From contig NC_068998.1 in assembly GCF_001194135.2 (NCBI RefSeq), forward strand, positions 20,634,592-20,678,482: a stretch of 43,891 nt of DNA, in the 5' to 3' direction. A program made the translations under genes and the position numbers. Below are positions 11,090 to 22,970 of the stretch, one piece after another. Numbering within the stretch: position 1 is the stretch's first letter; each line of letters starts with the position of its first letter. The stretch comes from Octopus bimaculoides (Eukaryota). Below the pieces are notes generated by a model that did not search any database, had not been told where the DNA came from, and saw nothing but the letters and a program-made list of their open reading frames with translations.

Positions 11090-11150
11090 GCGTTGTTGTT
11101 GTTGTTAACGCGTCATGACCGCGAGGAAGTGGTTTAACAAGTTATCTGTA
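11090..11150 (+). promoter_or_regulatory. Candidate promoter / first exon of an unidentified + strand transcript
   Basis: CpG cluster with GGAAGT (11125-11130), ATG at 11115 opening 11 codons (MTARKWFNKLS), donor TCT|GTAAGA at 11147/11148. Confidence 0.35.
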
Positions 11151-11244
11151 AGAAAAATATTTTTATGAAAAGAAAAGATGACACCCACACACATATGCAT
11201 GAGTGTGTGTGTGTGTATATGTATGTATGTATGTATGTATGTAT

Positions 11245-12018
11245 AAGAGCTGATGAGACATTAGACTTGGCAAGGACACCCTGGTCTCACGCCATTTCTG
11301 CTCTACCGGTCATTCATTACAACACCTGTATGTGTTCGGATTTACTGTGAACAGGAATTAATCTTCTATCTTCACTCCTTTGTGCCATATGGGCCCAACT
11401 CCCCTCTTCATCTGACTCACCTCCTCTCCTCTCTTGCCCTGACACCTACTTCCTCTCTTCACTCTTATCCACTTTCTCCCTTCATCAATACTCCTCTATC
11501 CACCCCCACACATTCCACTTCCAAATATCCCACCCTACCCCCACATCCTCACCCCAAACCCACACCTGCCACACCATACCACACCACCCCACACACACTA
11601 GCACTAACCACTTCCCAGCACCCACACCATCNNNNNNNNNNNNNNNNNNNNNNNNNNNNNNNNNNNNNNNNNNNNNNNNNNNNNNNNNNNNNNNNNNNNN
11701 NNNNNNNNNNNNNNNNNNNNNNNNNNNNNNNNNNNNNNNNNNNNNNNNNNNNNNNNNNNNNNNNNNNNNNNNNNNNNNNNNNNNNNNNNNNNNNNNNNNN
11801 NNNNNNNNNNACCTTTGTCCAGCCAGCTGCCATGATTGACCGCTAACTTCAAGAGTTTTTTTTATTCTCTCTCTCTTTATTTTCTTGCGTTCCTTTCTGT
11901 TGAAGAGTGTAGGCTCGAAACATAAAGGACTTTCTCACCTTCCCGAGCGTCAAATTAATACACCTGCTTGTTGTTTATACACCTGTCTTCATCTTTTGTT
12001 TTTGTTTTTCTGTAAAAA
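11245..12018 (+). mobile_element. Penelope-like element 3' remnant (GIY-YIG C-terminus, C-rich region, terminal repeat)
   Basis: Frameshifted RDIRLGKDTLVSRHFCSTGHSLQHLYVFGF...EQELIFYLHSFVPYGPN, typical of PLE endonuclease C-termini. The terminal segment 11832-12018 matches 40108-40300. An N-gap lies inside. Confidence 0.7.
11893..11928 (+). ncRNA. Minimal hammerhead-like motif (CUGUUGA variant)
   Basis: CTTT-CTGTTGA-A-GAG-tgtagg-CTC-GAAAC-ATA-AAGG. Confidence 0.55.
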
Positions 12019-12532
12019 TATATATATATATATATATATACTCCTACTAAAATTTCTTACCTGCATCCCTCCTCATTCCTGTTACCCTAATGTTTTTTCC
12101 TGTTTAAACTATTACCTAGGGTAAGTGAATCCTTCTTTGGCTGAAGCGAGCCAGGAATCATGAAGTGGCACATAACGTTGTTTCTTAAATGTTTTTTTTA
12201 AGATATTGAATTCGTGTATAATCACCTGAAGTAAATGTTTTTTTTTATTGGACGATGTAATAACTCCATTCATCAATAAAAAAACTTGTTTGAAACAGCT
12301 GTAGTGAATGAACCAATTATCATCTGTTATTTATTTACATATCATACCCCTATACATATTATACATATAGTACTTCTACACATATTCCATTTCCACAAGA
12401 ATATAAAATCTCATTTGAAACAGCTGTAGTGAAGCAACCAATTTCCATCTGTTATTTATTTATGTATATCTATGTATGTATATATCATCATATCTATATC
12501 ACACACACACACATATATATCTCCATGCAGCA

Positions 12533-12660
12533 CAGTGGCTCATGACCTAGTGGTTAGGGTATTGCACATACAAACATGAGATTATTGTTTCAATTCCTGG
12601 ACTGGCTGGTGAGTTGTGTTTATGAGCAAAACTTTACATCTCTAGCTGCTCTGTAATAAC
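12533..12660 (+). mobile_element. tRNA-derived SINE head, degenerate (family D-related)
   Basis: tggctcatgacctagtggttaggg...tttcaattcctgg...ttatgagcaaaacttt. Confidence 0.55.
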
Positions 12661-13913
12661 TTCAACACCTGATGTATGGCACACTATCAATTTCATAGGG
12701 GGAGTGAGGTAAACTATGAATAAATCATTTATGCGGATGTTCAGCAAGATATTGCAGAATTGCATTTCTCAAACTATGAGAGACTATCATTATCTTATCA
12801 TGGCAGTGAAAACGGTGTATTCTGATCACTTTATGATAGATCTTTTTTGATAACAGCAGCTGGCTGATACCATAAAACAAATCTAGTGCATAGAACCTAA
12901 TTTTGACATTAACTGGCTGATGGCCTTTTATTTTTCCCTCTACCAATAACTTCTCTGCTTTTACTATACTTGCTTAGTATGCTATATTGAAGGAACTAAC
13001 CATTCTGTGATGTACCTGATATTATGCAATAACGATAACAGTGATACTTCTATTAGCTGCCTGCACACCCTAGATGGTTCCTTTTCATTTCTACTACTTG
13101 AGTATTCCTTACACCAACATGCAGTTCCGAGCAGCGCTTGTTAGATAGAACAATACTATCCAAACCTCATACTCACAACTATTGTCTTGAGTTGCTTCAC
13201 CTGATTCACACAAAGATGATTATACCATCCAATTTTGATATCATCGTCACCCATTTAACATTCCATAGTTAATCATCAGACTACTCCTTATCGTTGGCTT
13301 TCCTGATTCCAATTTGCTATCTCCTCTAACCCCATACTAGGTGTATTTCATTATATAACCCCATCTTGCTTTAAATTTTTAATCTCCTCATTGATAGGTA
13401 GCACTTTACTATAACTTTAATTCCATAAGTTCAATCTTATTATTTGATGGCCTCTGTACTCACCTCCTCCCCACTTCCAACCAATATCCACTGAATACCC
13501 CTAAATTTCTGTGTTTTTCTATCCACCCCCCTGGTCATTTACCATTAGCAAGAGATTCTCATACTCCAACCCGGTACCCGATTGGCTTGTATGCATTTAT
13601 TTTAATTTTATTTTTTGATTTATCTTCTCTTTTTTCCCTTATCCTTAATTGTTTTATGACTCCTCCTTACTTACCACAACTCATAGCTTACCATAATAAA
13701 TTTTCTCCTACAACCCTCTCCAGTCTACCCATGATCTAGTCTAGCAGACTCCTTCTCACCCAAATCACTGACCTTAGATATCAAATTACACACTTTAAAG
13801 AACTACATTCTTAACCTAAACTGCCAACATAGTTGCTCATTCTCCTATTCATAGCTGGCCTGAACAGACATATTCCTGCTGGATTCTTGGCTATTCTTTT
13901 ATTTTATAAAATT

Positions 13914-14673
13914 ACTAGCACTATAGCCCGGCTTCGCAAGGGATGAAGTTAAGATTATCTGAGTAATACCATCAATTGAGGCAAATTTGGCGCCCAGACA
14001 TAAGTTTTGTAAGAGGAATAGAGAGGGCTATCTTCTCCCGCAGAGATGTGAGAGTCAGATCTCTCCTTTCGAAAACATGAACAGTTTCGTAACATTGTTC
14101 ACAAATTAATAGCTGATCGTTTGTGAAGGAGAGGGTCTACTCGCTATGAGTAGAGCAACGGATTCAGCAAATTTGGAAATTAGTTGTGGGGTAACGGAAA
14201 ATATCATTTATATTGTGTATCACTCACTAAAAAGACGAAATTTTAAAAATCTGTTGTCTCTCTCTCTCTCTTTCTGTCTCTGTCTCTCTCTTTCTGTCTC
14301 TCTTTCTGTCTCTGTCTCTCTTTCTGTCTCTGTCTCTCTTTCTGTCTGTCTCTCTTTCTGTCTCTGTCTCTCTCTCTTTCTGTCTTTCTCTCTCTTTCTG
14401 TCTCTCTTTACACTGTCGCTAGAAGGGGACATAACTCGTGCTCCAACTTGAAAATTGTTAGAAGTTATGGTTTAAAATTATTTTTAATGCAAAAATTCAC
14501 CTGTTAGGAAGAAAGAAAAAAAAAATAATAAATGGGTGATTCCGGGCATTTTCGACCATGAGGAATCCATTGGTGCGACTCCCAAATTGCTATCTTGTAA
14601 GGTGTGGATTTCTATAGATGCAACACACACACACACACACACTCACAAACTCAGCTTTACAATATGTACTGAT
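13914..14673 (+). mobile_element. Non-autonomous Helitron/Helentron-type element with internal (CT)n and (CA)n
   Basis: 5' ACTAGCACTATAGCCCGGCTTCGC and 3' (CA)n-ctcacaaactcagctttacaatatgtactgat resemble HINE/DINE-1/Lep1 termini; CT-rich tract at 14256-14407. Confidence 0.5.
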
Positions 14674-15080
14674 TTCCCATCTGATGATTACGGTCTTTTG
14701 TAATAATGTTCTCATTCTTCTGTTAAAAATTACATAAGAAACAGCTGTAATGAGCTGACATTTATCCATCATTTGTTATGATTCATTTGATTACAATACA
14801 CCAAAGGATTTACAACTCATCAGACACCCTAGAGTATATCAACAATGTACTACTCAAAGTTACTCATAGTTTGGACCAGCCCCTTAGGCGCTAAATACTC
14901 ATAGGGTTGGTTTTCTCTGTGTACACAACCGAAATATCCTATCTGATATTTCGACTCTCGCCAATCATAGGCCGGAACCACAGACATTGCCCAACCTTAC
15001 CTGGGGCATACCTTTCCAAGTACCTGATTCTATTGGAATCCTCAGCTTACTTCTTATATATATATATATAGATATATATT

Positions 15081-15495
15081 CTCTTTTACTCTTTTACTTG
15101 TTTCAGTCATTTGACTGCGGCCATGCTGGAACACCGCTTTTAGTTGAGCAAATCGACCCCAGGACTTATTCTTTGGATGCCTAGTACTTATTCTATCGGT
15201 CTCTTTTGCCAAAACGCTAAGTTACGGGGACATAAATACACCAGCATCGGTTGTCAAGCGATGTTGGGTGGGGGGACAAACGCAGACACACAAACATATA
15301 CACACACATACATATATATATATATACACATATACGATGGGCTTCTTTCAGTTTCCGTCTACCAAATCCACTCACAAGGCTTTGGTCGGCTCGAGGCTAT
15401 AGTTAAAGACACTTGCCCAAGGTGCCACTCAGTGTGAATGAACCCGGAACCATGTGGTTGGTAAGCAAGCTACTTACCACACAGCCACTCCTGTA
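15081..15495 (-). mobile_element. SINE family A, full length
   Basis: Reverse complement of the family-A consensus from tail (ttactcttttacttgtttcagtcat) to head (accacacagccactcctg); little decay. Confidence 0.92.
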
Positions 15496-15779
15496 CATAT
15501 TTATATACATAGACATGTGTATGAATGAATGTATGTGTTTATAAATATATATATATTTGATAGAGAGACACCACAATAAATGTAGTTTATATAGCATCCT
15601 ATAAATATCAGATTAATATCTGAAATTATTGTATACAATAATAATTTTTCTGTTGCATATGACATTCAAATTTGTAAGAGAATAGTTTGTGAAACACCTC
15701 TAAATATCAATGATGGTGCTGCTTGAGAGAATCAGCTTGATTATATATTCTCATTAGCACATATTAAACTCTTGCTGGA

Positions 15780-16115
15780 CAAGAATAAATGATTCCATAA
15801 AGGAAATTGTTTAAATTGGTGCACTCGGACATCATAGCAGCTGCATATGCACATATCCTGGATTGCATCCAAAAGAAGGCCATTTAACCTAATTAACATA
15901 GATTCAGTCATAAGCACAATACACCACAACCACTAGCTCACAGATGCTCTGTTTCTTCTTTTTTTCCCTCTTCTTTTGGTACAGCAATGGCATCTGCTTC
16001 TCTACACTTGTTAGCAGTATACTCCTTTCAGCCTCTACTTTCCATGAGCTTCACCTTCCAGACTTAGCACTCAACAATTCAGCTGTTGTTATACACTGTC
16101 ATATTCAAACTCATG
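15780..16115 (+). pseudogene. Decayed LINE (CR1/L2-group) RT C-terminal fragment
   Basis: Across frameshifts: AHILDCIQKKAI...PLAHRCSVS...SLFFWYSNGICFSTL, matching the LDRIQKKAIRLI...LAHRR.V.SLSLFYRY.NG.CS motif. Confidence 0.6.
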
Positions 16116-16157
16116 TTCTCATCTTAGTTGTTATAGCTGTAATATTTTGACCATTGT

Positions 16158-16418
16158 CAGGCAGTAAGCTTGGCAGAACTGTTAGCATGCCAAGCAAAAT
16201 ACTTTGTAGCATTTCATCCGACTTTACGTTCTGAGTTCAAATTCCACCAAGGTCGACTTTGCCTTTCATCCTTTCAGGGTTGATAAAATAAGTACCAGTT
16301 GACCATTAGGGTCGATATANNNNNNNNNNAGTACCAGTTGACCATTAGGGTCGATATAATTGGTTTACACCTCCCTCCCCCCCAAATTTCTGGCTTTGTG
16401 CCAAAATTTGGAACCATT
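16158..16418 (+). mobile_element. SINE family B
   Basis: gcttggcagaactgttagc...gagttcaaattcc...gtcgactttgcctttcatccttt...aagtaccag; contains a 10-N gap with duplicated flank. Confidence 0.85.
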
Positions 16419-16662
16419 GTGCTCCGACGCTCTCTTCAGGTGATTTCAAGTTTTCAGTATTGTTCTAGGAATTTCAAACCAGACCCATTTTTAAATTTAT
16501 AGGGATAATTGGCCTCGTTTCACTCACAATACCAAAAATTGTCTTCTATTAGTTATCCTCTTGTGATATTGCTTGAATTAGAATATATGTGTGTTTGACC
16601 AATCCAGGTGTTGATTTTACACCTATATGCCAAATTACTACATGTAATACTTAATCAATGTT

Positions 16663-17050
16663 TATTTTATCTTTTATTTGTTTCAACCTTTGGCCATGCT
16701 GAGGCACTGCCTTCAAGTGCTTAGCTGGACAAATCACACCCAATACTTATAATTAACCTTGGTACTTATTCTATTATTCTCTTTTGCCAACCTGCTAAGT
16801 TACATGGATGTAAATAGACCAACACTGGTTGTCAAGTGGTGGTGGAGATCAATTACAAACAAAGACACACACACACACACACACACATACAATAAGCTTC
16901 TGTCAGTTTCTCTCTACTAGATCCACTCACAAGGCTTTGGTTGGCCTGAAGCTATTGTAAAAAACACATGACCAAAGTGCCATGCAGTGGGACTGAACTC
17001 AAGACCACATGGTCGGGAAGAAAGTCTCTTAACCACACAACCACACCTGC
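16663..17050 (-). mobile_element. SINE family A
   Basis: Reverse-complement tail, (CA)n linker and head accacacaaccacacctgc. Confidence 0.85.
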
Positions 17051-17099
17051 AAATATGTCAGAGTATAATAATGATAATTCTTCATATCAGTTATTCAAA

Positions 17100-17215
17100 T
17101 AAAACTGACTCAATCCTTCCTCCCCAGCTGGAATCCCTCTGGAATAATTCTCTTCCAGCAGATGCCTTTCCTACAAATACTGAAATATTAACCTGGAGAT
17201 ATCATAACTGAACAT
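17100..17215 (+). pseudogene. Probable continuation of the decayed LINE (extreme C-terminus)
   Basis: LWNNSLPADAFP resembles the LWNSLP motif at the end of CR1/L2-group RTs. Confidence 0.4.
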
Positions 17216-17740
17216 AACTTCTATTCCGTTAATATCACCAGTCTTGGAGAAACCTGTATATGTGACAGACACTGTTGCTTCTCCAGGGCCAGATTAAGAC
17301 CTATTAAGTCCCTAAGTGCTTAAAAGATTTTGGTACCACCATATATATGTAATTCAAAATTTAAACAATAATAAGCCATAAAATGATTTTCTTTTGTTTT
17401 TCAAAATGAAACAAAACTAAGCATAAGATGGGAAAAAATGTTTGTTTTATCATTTTATGCTTCCACTTTATATCTGAAAAGTTTTCTACTATTTTCTAAT
17501 TGTAAAATCTTTGATCAAATCCTCACTACGACACCATGAACACTCTGAAATTACATTTCTATTAATATACACTAGCTCGAATATTATTTTAGCAAGTTTA
17601 AAGTGATTTCTTTTGTGTTGTAAACAGTTTACCATTTCTGTGGTACCCCCACTTCCTTTGATGTCCGAAGCATGTGCTTATTTTGATTAATGATTAATCC
17701 AGTGTTGCACTTCTTTTATTGTTACATAATAAAAAAAGAT

Positions 17741-18296
17741 GGCAAGCTTGCAGAATTGCTAGCAAGCTGGCAGAATTGCTGGCAAGCTGGCAGAATTGTT
17801 GGCAAGCTGGCAGAATTGCTGGCAAGCTGACAGAATTGTTGGCAAGCTGGCAGAATTGTTGGCAAGCTGGCAGAATTGCTGGCAAGCTGGCAGAATTGCT
17901 GGCAATCTGGCAGAATTGCTGGCAAGCTGGGCCAAATGNNNNNNNNNNNNNNNNNNNNNNNNNNNNNNNNNNNNNNNNNNNNNNNNNNNNNNNNNNNNNN
18001 NNNNNNNNNNNNNNNNNNNNNNNNNNNNNNNNNNNNNNNNNNNNNNNNNNNNNNNNNNNNNNNNNNNNNNNNNNNNNNNNNNNNNNNNNNNNNNNNNNNN
18101 NNNNNNNNNNNNNNNNNNNNNNNNNNNNNNNNNNNNNNNNNNNNNNNNNNCAATCTGGCAGAATTGCTGGCAAGCTGGCAGAATTGTTGGCAAGCTGACA
18201 GAATTGTTGGCAAGCTGGCAGAATTGTTGGCAAGCTGGCAGAATTGCTGGCAAGCTGGCAGAATTGCTGGCAATCTGGCAGAATTGCTGGCAAGCT
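17741..18296 (+). repeat. 20-bp minisatellite (GGCAAGCTGGCAGAATTGCT) at the head of a family-B SINE
   Basis: About 9 units before and 7 after the N-gap (17939-18150); the remainder of the SINE follows to ~18481. Confidence 0.9.
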
Positions 18297-19039
18297 GGGC
18301 CAAATGCTTTGTAGCATTTTGTATGTCCTTATCTTCTGAGTTCAGATTCCATTAAGGTCAACTTTGTTTTTCATCCTTTCAGGGCTGATAAAATAAGTAC
18401 CAGTTGAGTACTGGGTCGATGTAATTGACTTATCCTCACCCCAAAATTTCAGGCCTTGTTCCTATAGAAGAAAGGATTATTACTAAAAAAAGAAAAAGGT
18501 TGGGAAAGATTAGGTATCCACAGGGATCAAGGATTCCTAAGATTGGTATTTATCTTGTACTTTTTATAGTGTTTAAAGGATTGAGAGATAAACCTTAACC
18601 TGGATAAGATGCTGGTTTATCTAAGATAACTTCCTTCAAGAAAGGTCATCTATGATAACCTTTCTTGATGGAGGAATTAATTAGAGCACTAAAAGCAACT
18701 ATACACTTGTCAATCCTACAGAAGTGAATTGAGTCAACCATGGTATTTACTTAGCTACGACTGGGTTTGGTTTATAAGAGTTCTAAATTCTCATAGCTAT
18801 GGACACAATCTAGTGTTAGTGGTAAGTTGAAGATCTCTTGGTTGATCTCTCGGTGGATTGTTTGGTAGGTATCCTATTGATTGTGCCATATGCACTCTTC
18901 TATTAATAAGATATATGCCATGCAACTATGGAAAAAACAAACATAAAATAACGATGGTAATGATGATGATGATGTTGATGACGACGACAATGACAATGAT
19001 AATGATAATATTAGTGGTGGTGATGATTTTGGTGTTGTT

Positions 19040-19467
19040 GTTTTTGGCAGTGGTTGTGATGTTACTGATAGTTTAAAAAAAAATTTTTCACAACCACATG
19101 ATTCCAGGTTCAGTCTCATTGTATGGTACCTTGGACAAGCTTCTTCTACTATAGCCTTGGGTTGACCAAGGCCTTGTGAGTAAATTTGGTACATGGAAAT
19201 TAAAAGAAGTCCATTATATATATGTGTGTGTGTGCACGCACATGTCTTTGTGTCACTGTTTATCCCCCACCACTGCTTAACAACTAGTGTTGGTGTGTTT
19301 ACGTCCTTGTAACTTAGCAGTTTGGTAAAAGTAACCGATACAATAAGTACCAGTCTTGAAGATAAAGTACTGGGGCTGATTCAGTTGACTAAAATTTCTT
19401 CAAGGCAGTGCCCCAGCATGGCCATGGTTTAATGACTGAAACAAGTAAAAGATAAAAGATAAAAGAT
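19040..19467 (+). mobile_element. SINE family A
   Basis: caaccacatgattccaggttcagtc...ggtaccttggacaag...tail gaaacaagtaaaagataaaagataaaag. Confidence 0.85.
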
Positions 19468-20096
19468 ATGGCTTTAGTCTGAAGGAAAATGGTGTAGTCT
19501 ATGACTCTTTTTAGGGTCCCCAAGGCAACTGAGAGGAAGACCTGGGTCAAAATACTTTTAACAGAGTGGACCCTACTAAAAGCACCCAAGACCAGACAAT
19601 GGCCCTAAAATGGGTGACAGATTTTACTATGCACATTCTCCAAACAGTACTGATAAATAGTCAGTACGTTAACTATATTAGAACAACCAGACACAAAAAT
19701 GGAAGAAATGAGAAAGCCAAAGAAGCAATTCTTTATGGAAAACAACCATGAATTTTATTAATCCAAGTTACTAAAAACAGAAGATATCCAATAATCGATG
19801 ACTCAGAGTACAATACTTATTTTAGTTCTTGTGATCTTTGAACTTCATCCAAAAACAATGTGGTTCTCAGATGATACCATTTCTAAATAAATTCGGTAAA
19901 TTTAGATTATATTTCTGATCAACAGGTCAAAAAAAAATGTAGTGAAGTTCATCATCCACACAACACATATTCTACGCAATTGTTATCTAATAAAAATGCA
20001 AAAGCACAACATACATAACATGTACTTTATCCAATCACCATCCAAGAAAATAACACATATTCTACATGATTGCCACCAAATAACATTAAACAACAT

Positions 20097-20280
20097 AAGA
20101 GCAGTCATGGCTGTGAGGTAAGAAGTTTACTTCCCTACCATATGGTTTCAGGTTCACTCTTGCTGTATGGCACCTTGGGCAAGTGTCTTTAGCTATAGCC
20201 CTGGGCCAACCAAAGCTTGGTGAGTGAATTTGATAGACAGAAACTGAAAGAAGTTCAGCACATATATATGTAAATATATA
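20097..20280 (+). mobile_element. SINE family A, 5' half
   Basis: gcagtcatggctgtgaggtaagaag...ggcaccttgggcaagtgtc...gaaactgaaagaag. Confidence 0.8.
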
Positions 20281-20487
20281 AATACATACATAGAAGAGGT
20301 TTGTAGAAACATAGGTAGTAATGCAATGAACTATCATTTAGAAATTCATGTTATTACTATATTCATCCTTTGCTACAGTGGCACCGAACTAATAACCATT
20401 TCATAAAATTACTCTAGTAGCTGGAATAAATAGCATAGGAACTTTTTATGAATGCACTCAAAAATGTTTCATATACATGAACTTAGA

Positions 20488-20532
<45 letters not shown>

Positions 20533-20542
20533 NNNNNNNNNN

Positions 20543-20587
<45 letters not shown>

Positions 20588-20589
<2 letters not shown>

Positions 20590-21520
20590 TTTTTCTACTG
20601 GAAGCACAAGGCCTCAAATTTGGGGGAAGGGATTAAGTTGATTACATCGATCCCCAGTATGCAACTGGTACTTAATTTATCAACTCCCAAAAGGATGAAA
20701 GGCAAAGTCATCCCCAGCGGAATTTGAACTCAGACCGTGAAGACAGACGAAATACCACTAAGCATTTCGTCCGGCATGCTAACGATTTTGCCAGCTCAAT
20801 CCCTTAATAATAATAATAATGATAATAATAAAAATAAAAATAATAATAATAATAATAATATGATTAAGATGATGATGATGATGACGATGATGATTTCTAA
20901 TTATGGACAATAATCTTGAGGATGGGGAGAAGATAATTACATCAACCCAGTGCTTAACTGGTACTTTATTTTATCAACCCCAGAAGGATGAAAGGTAAGT
21001 TAACCCTAGTAAGATTTGAACTCATAACACAAACAGCTACAACAAATACTGCAATTCATTCTATCCTAACAACTTATTCAGCCAATTCTCTGCTTTAATT
21101 ATTCTTTCTACAATAGACACAAGGCTTGAAATTTTGGGGGAAGGGATCAGTTGATTACATTGACCCCAGTGCTCATTTGGTACTTATTTCATTAACCCTG
21201 GAAGGATAAAAGAGAAAATCAACCTTGGTGGAATTTGAACTTGGAACATAAAGACGGATGAAATGCAGCTAAGCCGTTTGTCTCATGTGCTAAAGATTCT
21301 GCCAGTATGCAAACCTTTCACTACCTTAATAATGATAATAATAATCCTTTCTACTATAGGCACAAGTCAATTACATCGACCCTAGTGCTTAACTCATATT
21401 CATTTTGTCAACCCCCAAAAGGACGAAAGGCAAAGTTGACCTTGGCGGAATTTGAACTCAGAACATAAGGATAGATGAAATGCTATTAAGCATTTTGTCC
21501 TGCATGCTAACAGTTTTGTC
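20588..21520 (-). mobile_element. Four head-to-tail SINE family B copies separated by (AAT)n/(GAT)n
   Basis: Copies at about 20588-20800, 20895-21095, 21105-21310 and 21340-21520, each with aaaggatgaaag..gacc..ggaatttgaactc. Confidence 0.85.
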
Positions 21521-21554
21521 AGCAGTGAGCTTTCCTCAGCCTTAATAATGATAT

Positions 21555-21940
21555 GTTGTTATCACTCTGTCGCTTACGATGTCGAGGGTTCCAGTTGATC
21601 CAATCAATGGAACAGCCTGCTCGTGAAATTAACGTGCAAGTGGCTGAGCACTCCACAGACACGTGTACCCATAACGTAGTTCTCGGGGATATTCAGCGTG
21701 ACACAGTGTGACAAGGCTGACCCTTTGAATTACAGGCACAACAGAAACAGGAAGAAAAAATGAGAGAAAGTTGTGGTTGAAGAGTACAGCAGGGTTCGCC
21801 ACCATCCCCTGCTGGAGCCTCGTGGATCTTTAGGTGTTTTTCGCTCAATAAACACTCACGACGCCCGGTCTGGGAATCGAAACCGCGATCCTATGACCGC
21901 GAGTCTGCTGCCCTAACCACTGGGCCATTGCACCTTCACA
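21555..21940 (-). mobile_element. tRNA-derived SINE family D, full length, young
   Basis: Head tggcccagtggttagggcagc...ggtttcgattccc (A/B boxes), tail (CAA)n; close match to 25550-25936. Confidence 0.92.
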
Positions 21941-22169
21941 ATAATGATGATAACAACACCAACAACAAATTAATCGAGAAAGACGAGTGTTAAAAGTATA
22001 ACAGATGCATGTGCATTGTGATAAGCAGAATAATGTTATAGATTAAGTAATTTCTTTTATAAATATCGGAGATAACAATTCCATTTTGTTATATTTCTTG
22101 CTGGAGAGGAGTATAATCATCATCATCATCATCAACATCGTCATCACTAACACCACCACCACCACTACC

Positions 22170-22320
22170 ACCAGCATTGATTTGTTTATGTCCTCATAAC
22201 TTAGCAGTCCAGTAAAAAAGACTGATAGAATAAGTTTCAGACTTAAAAAAAAAAGTCAAAGAAAACAGTACTGGGGACATTCTGTTCATCTAAGCCTTTC
22301 AAGGCAGTGCCCCAGCATGG
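22170..22320 (+). mobile_element. SINE family A 3' fragment
   Basis: gtttatgtcctcataacttagcagt...ttcaaggcagtgccccagcatgg. Confidence 0.65.
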
Positions 22321-22779
22321 CTCTTCCTGGAGTTAAAAATGGTAGTAAGGCTGAACTGCCATATTGATGTAATGATAAGCAATACTTCTCAGTATAGTTA
22401 TTACTTTCATCTCTTATAGAGATTTTCTAACTCGCTAATTTGCTTGATATTGTTAGTATATAGTGATAGAACAGTGAGTTTTACATACATGAAAATAGAA
22501 GCAATTTGAATTGATTGGAAATATGATGATAGAGGCATGATATATCTGAAAATTTATTGTGGATTCATAAATATCTGTGTACTTCATTGATATGCCTTTA
22601 TCTTGTCAGAATTGCTGTGCTTTATTCATTTCATTACTATATTGTGCCTTGTCCAGAGCCCTCAACTCCTGAGGGAGATGTAGGGAGACATAGGTTGCTG
22701 TCATGAAGTATGGTGTATCTCATGTGTATTTTAGACCTCATTTCAGCAGGTAAAAAACAGCAGCCTTGTTACATAGGTA

Positions 22780-22970
22780 TGTGTGTGTGTGCCTTTGTAT
22801 CCCTGCTACCTTGACAATCAGTGGAAGTTTGTTCAAAGAAAATGACAGAATAAATATACTAGACATAAAAAGTAAGTATTAGGGTGGGTTTGCTTGACTA
22901 AACCCTTCAAAATAGTGCTCCAGGATGGTAGCAAACCAATGATTGAAACAAGTAAAAGGTAAAAGATAAG
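22780..22970 (+). mobile_element. SINE family A 3' fragment, degenerate
   Basis: cttgacaatc...cttcaaaatagtgctccag...gattgaaacaagtaaaag. Confidence 0.6.

Noticed and set aside
12289-12470. ~55-bp local duplication at ~125-bp spacing
   Set aside because: Ordinary slippage-type duplication beside microsatellite; no further structure.
12749-12818. Possible exon QDIAELHFSNYERLSLSYHGSEN
   Set aside because: Weak acceptor and donor; no recognisable homology.
17741-18296. CRISPR-like appearance of the tandem arrays (also 37671-38100)
   Set aside because: Units are contiguous with no unique spacers, no cas genes, and the context is eukaryotic. The ORFs over them are repeat artefacts.
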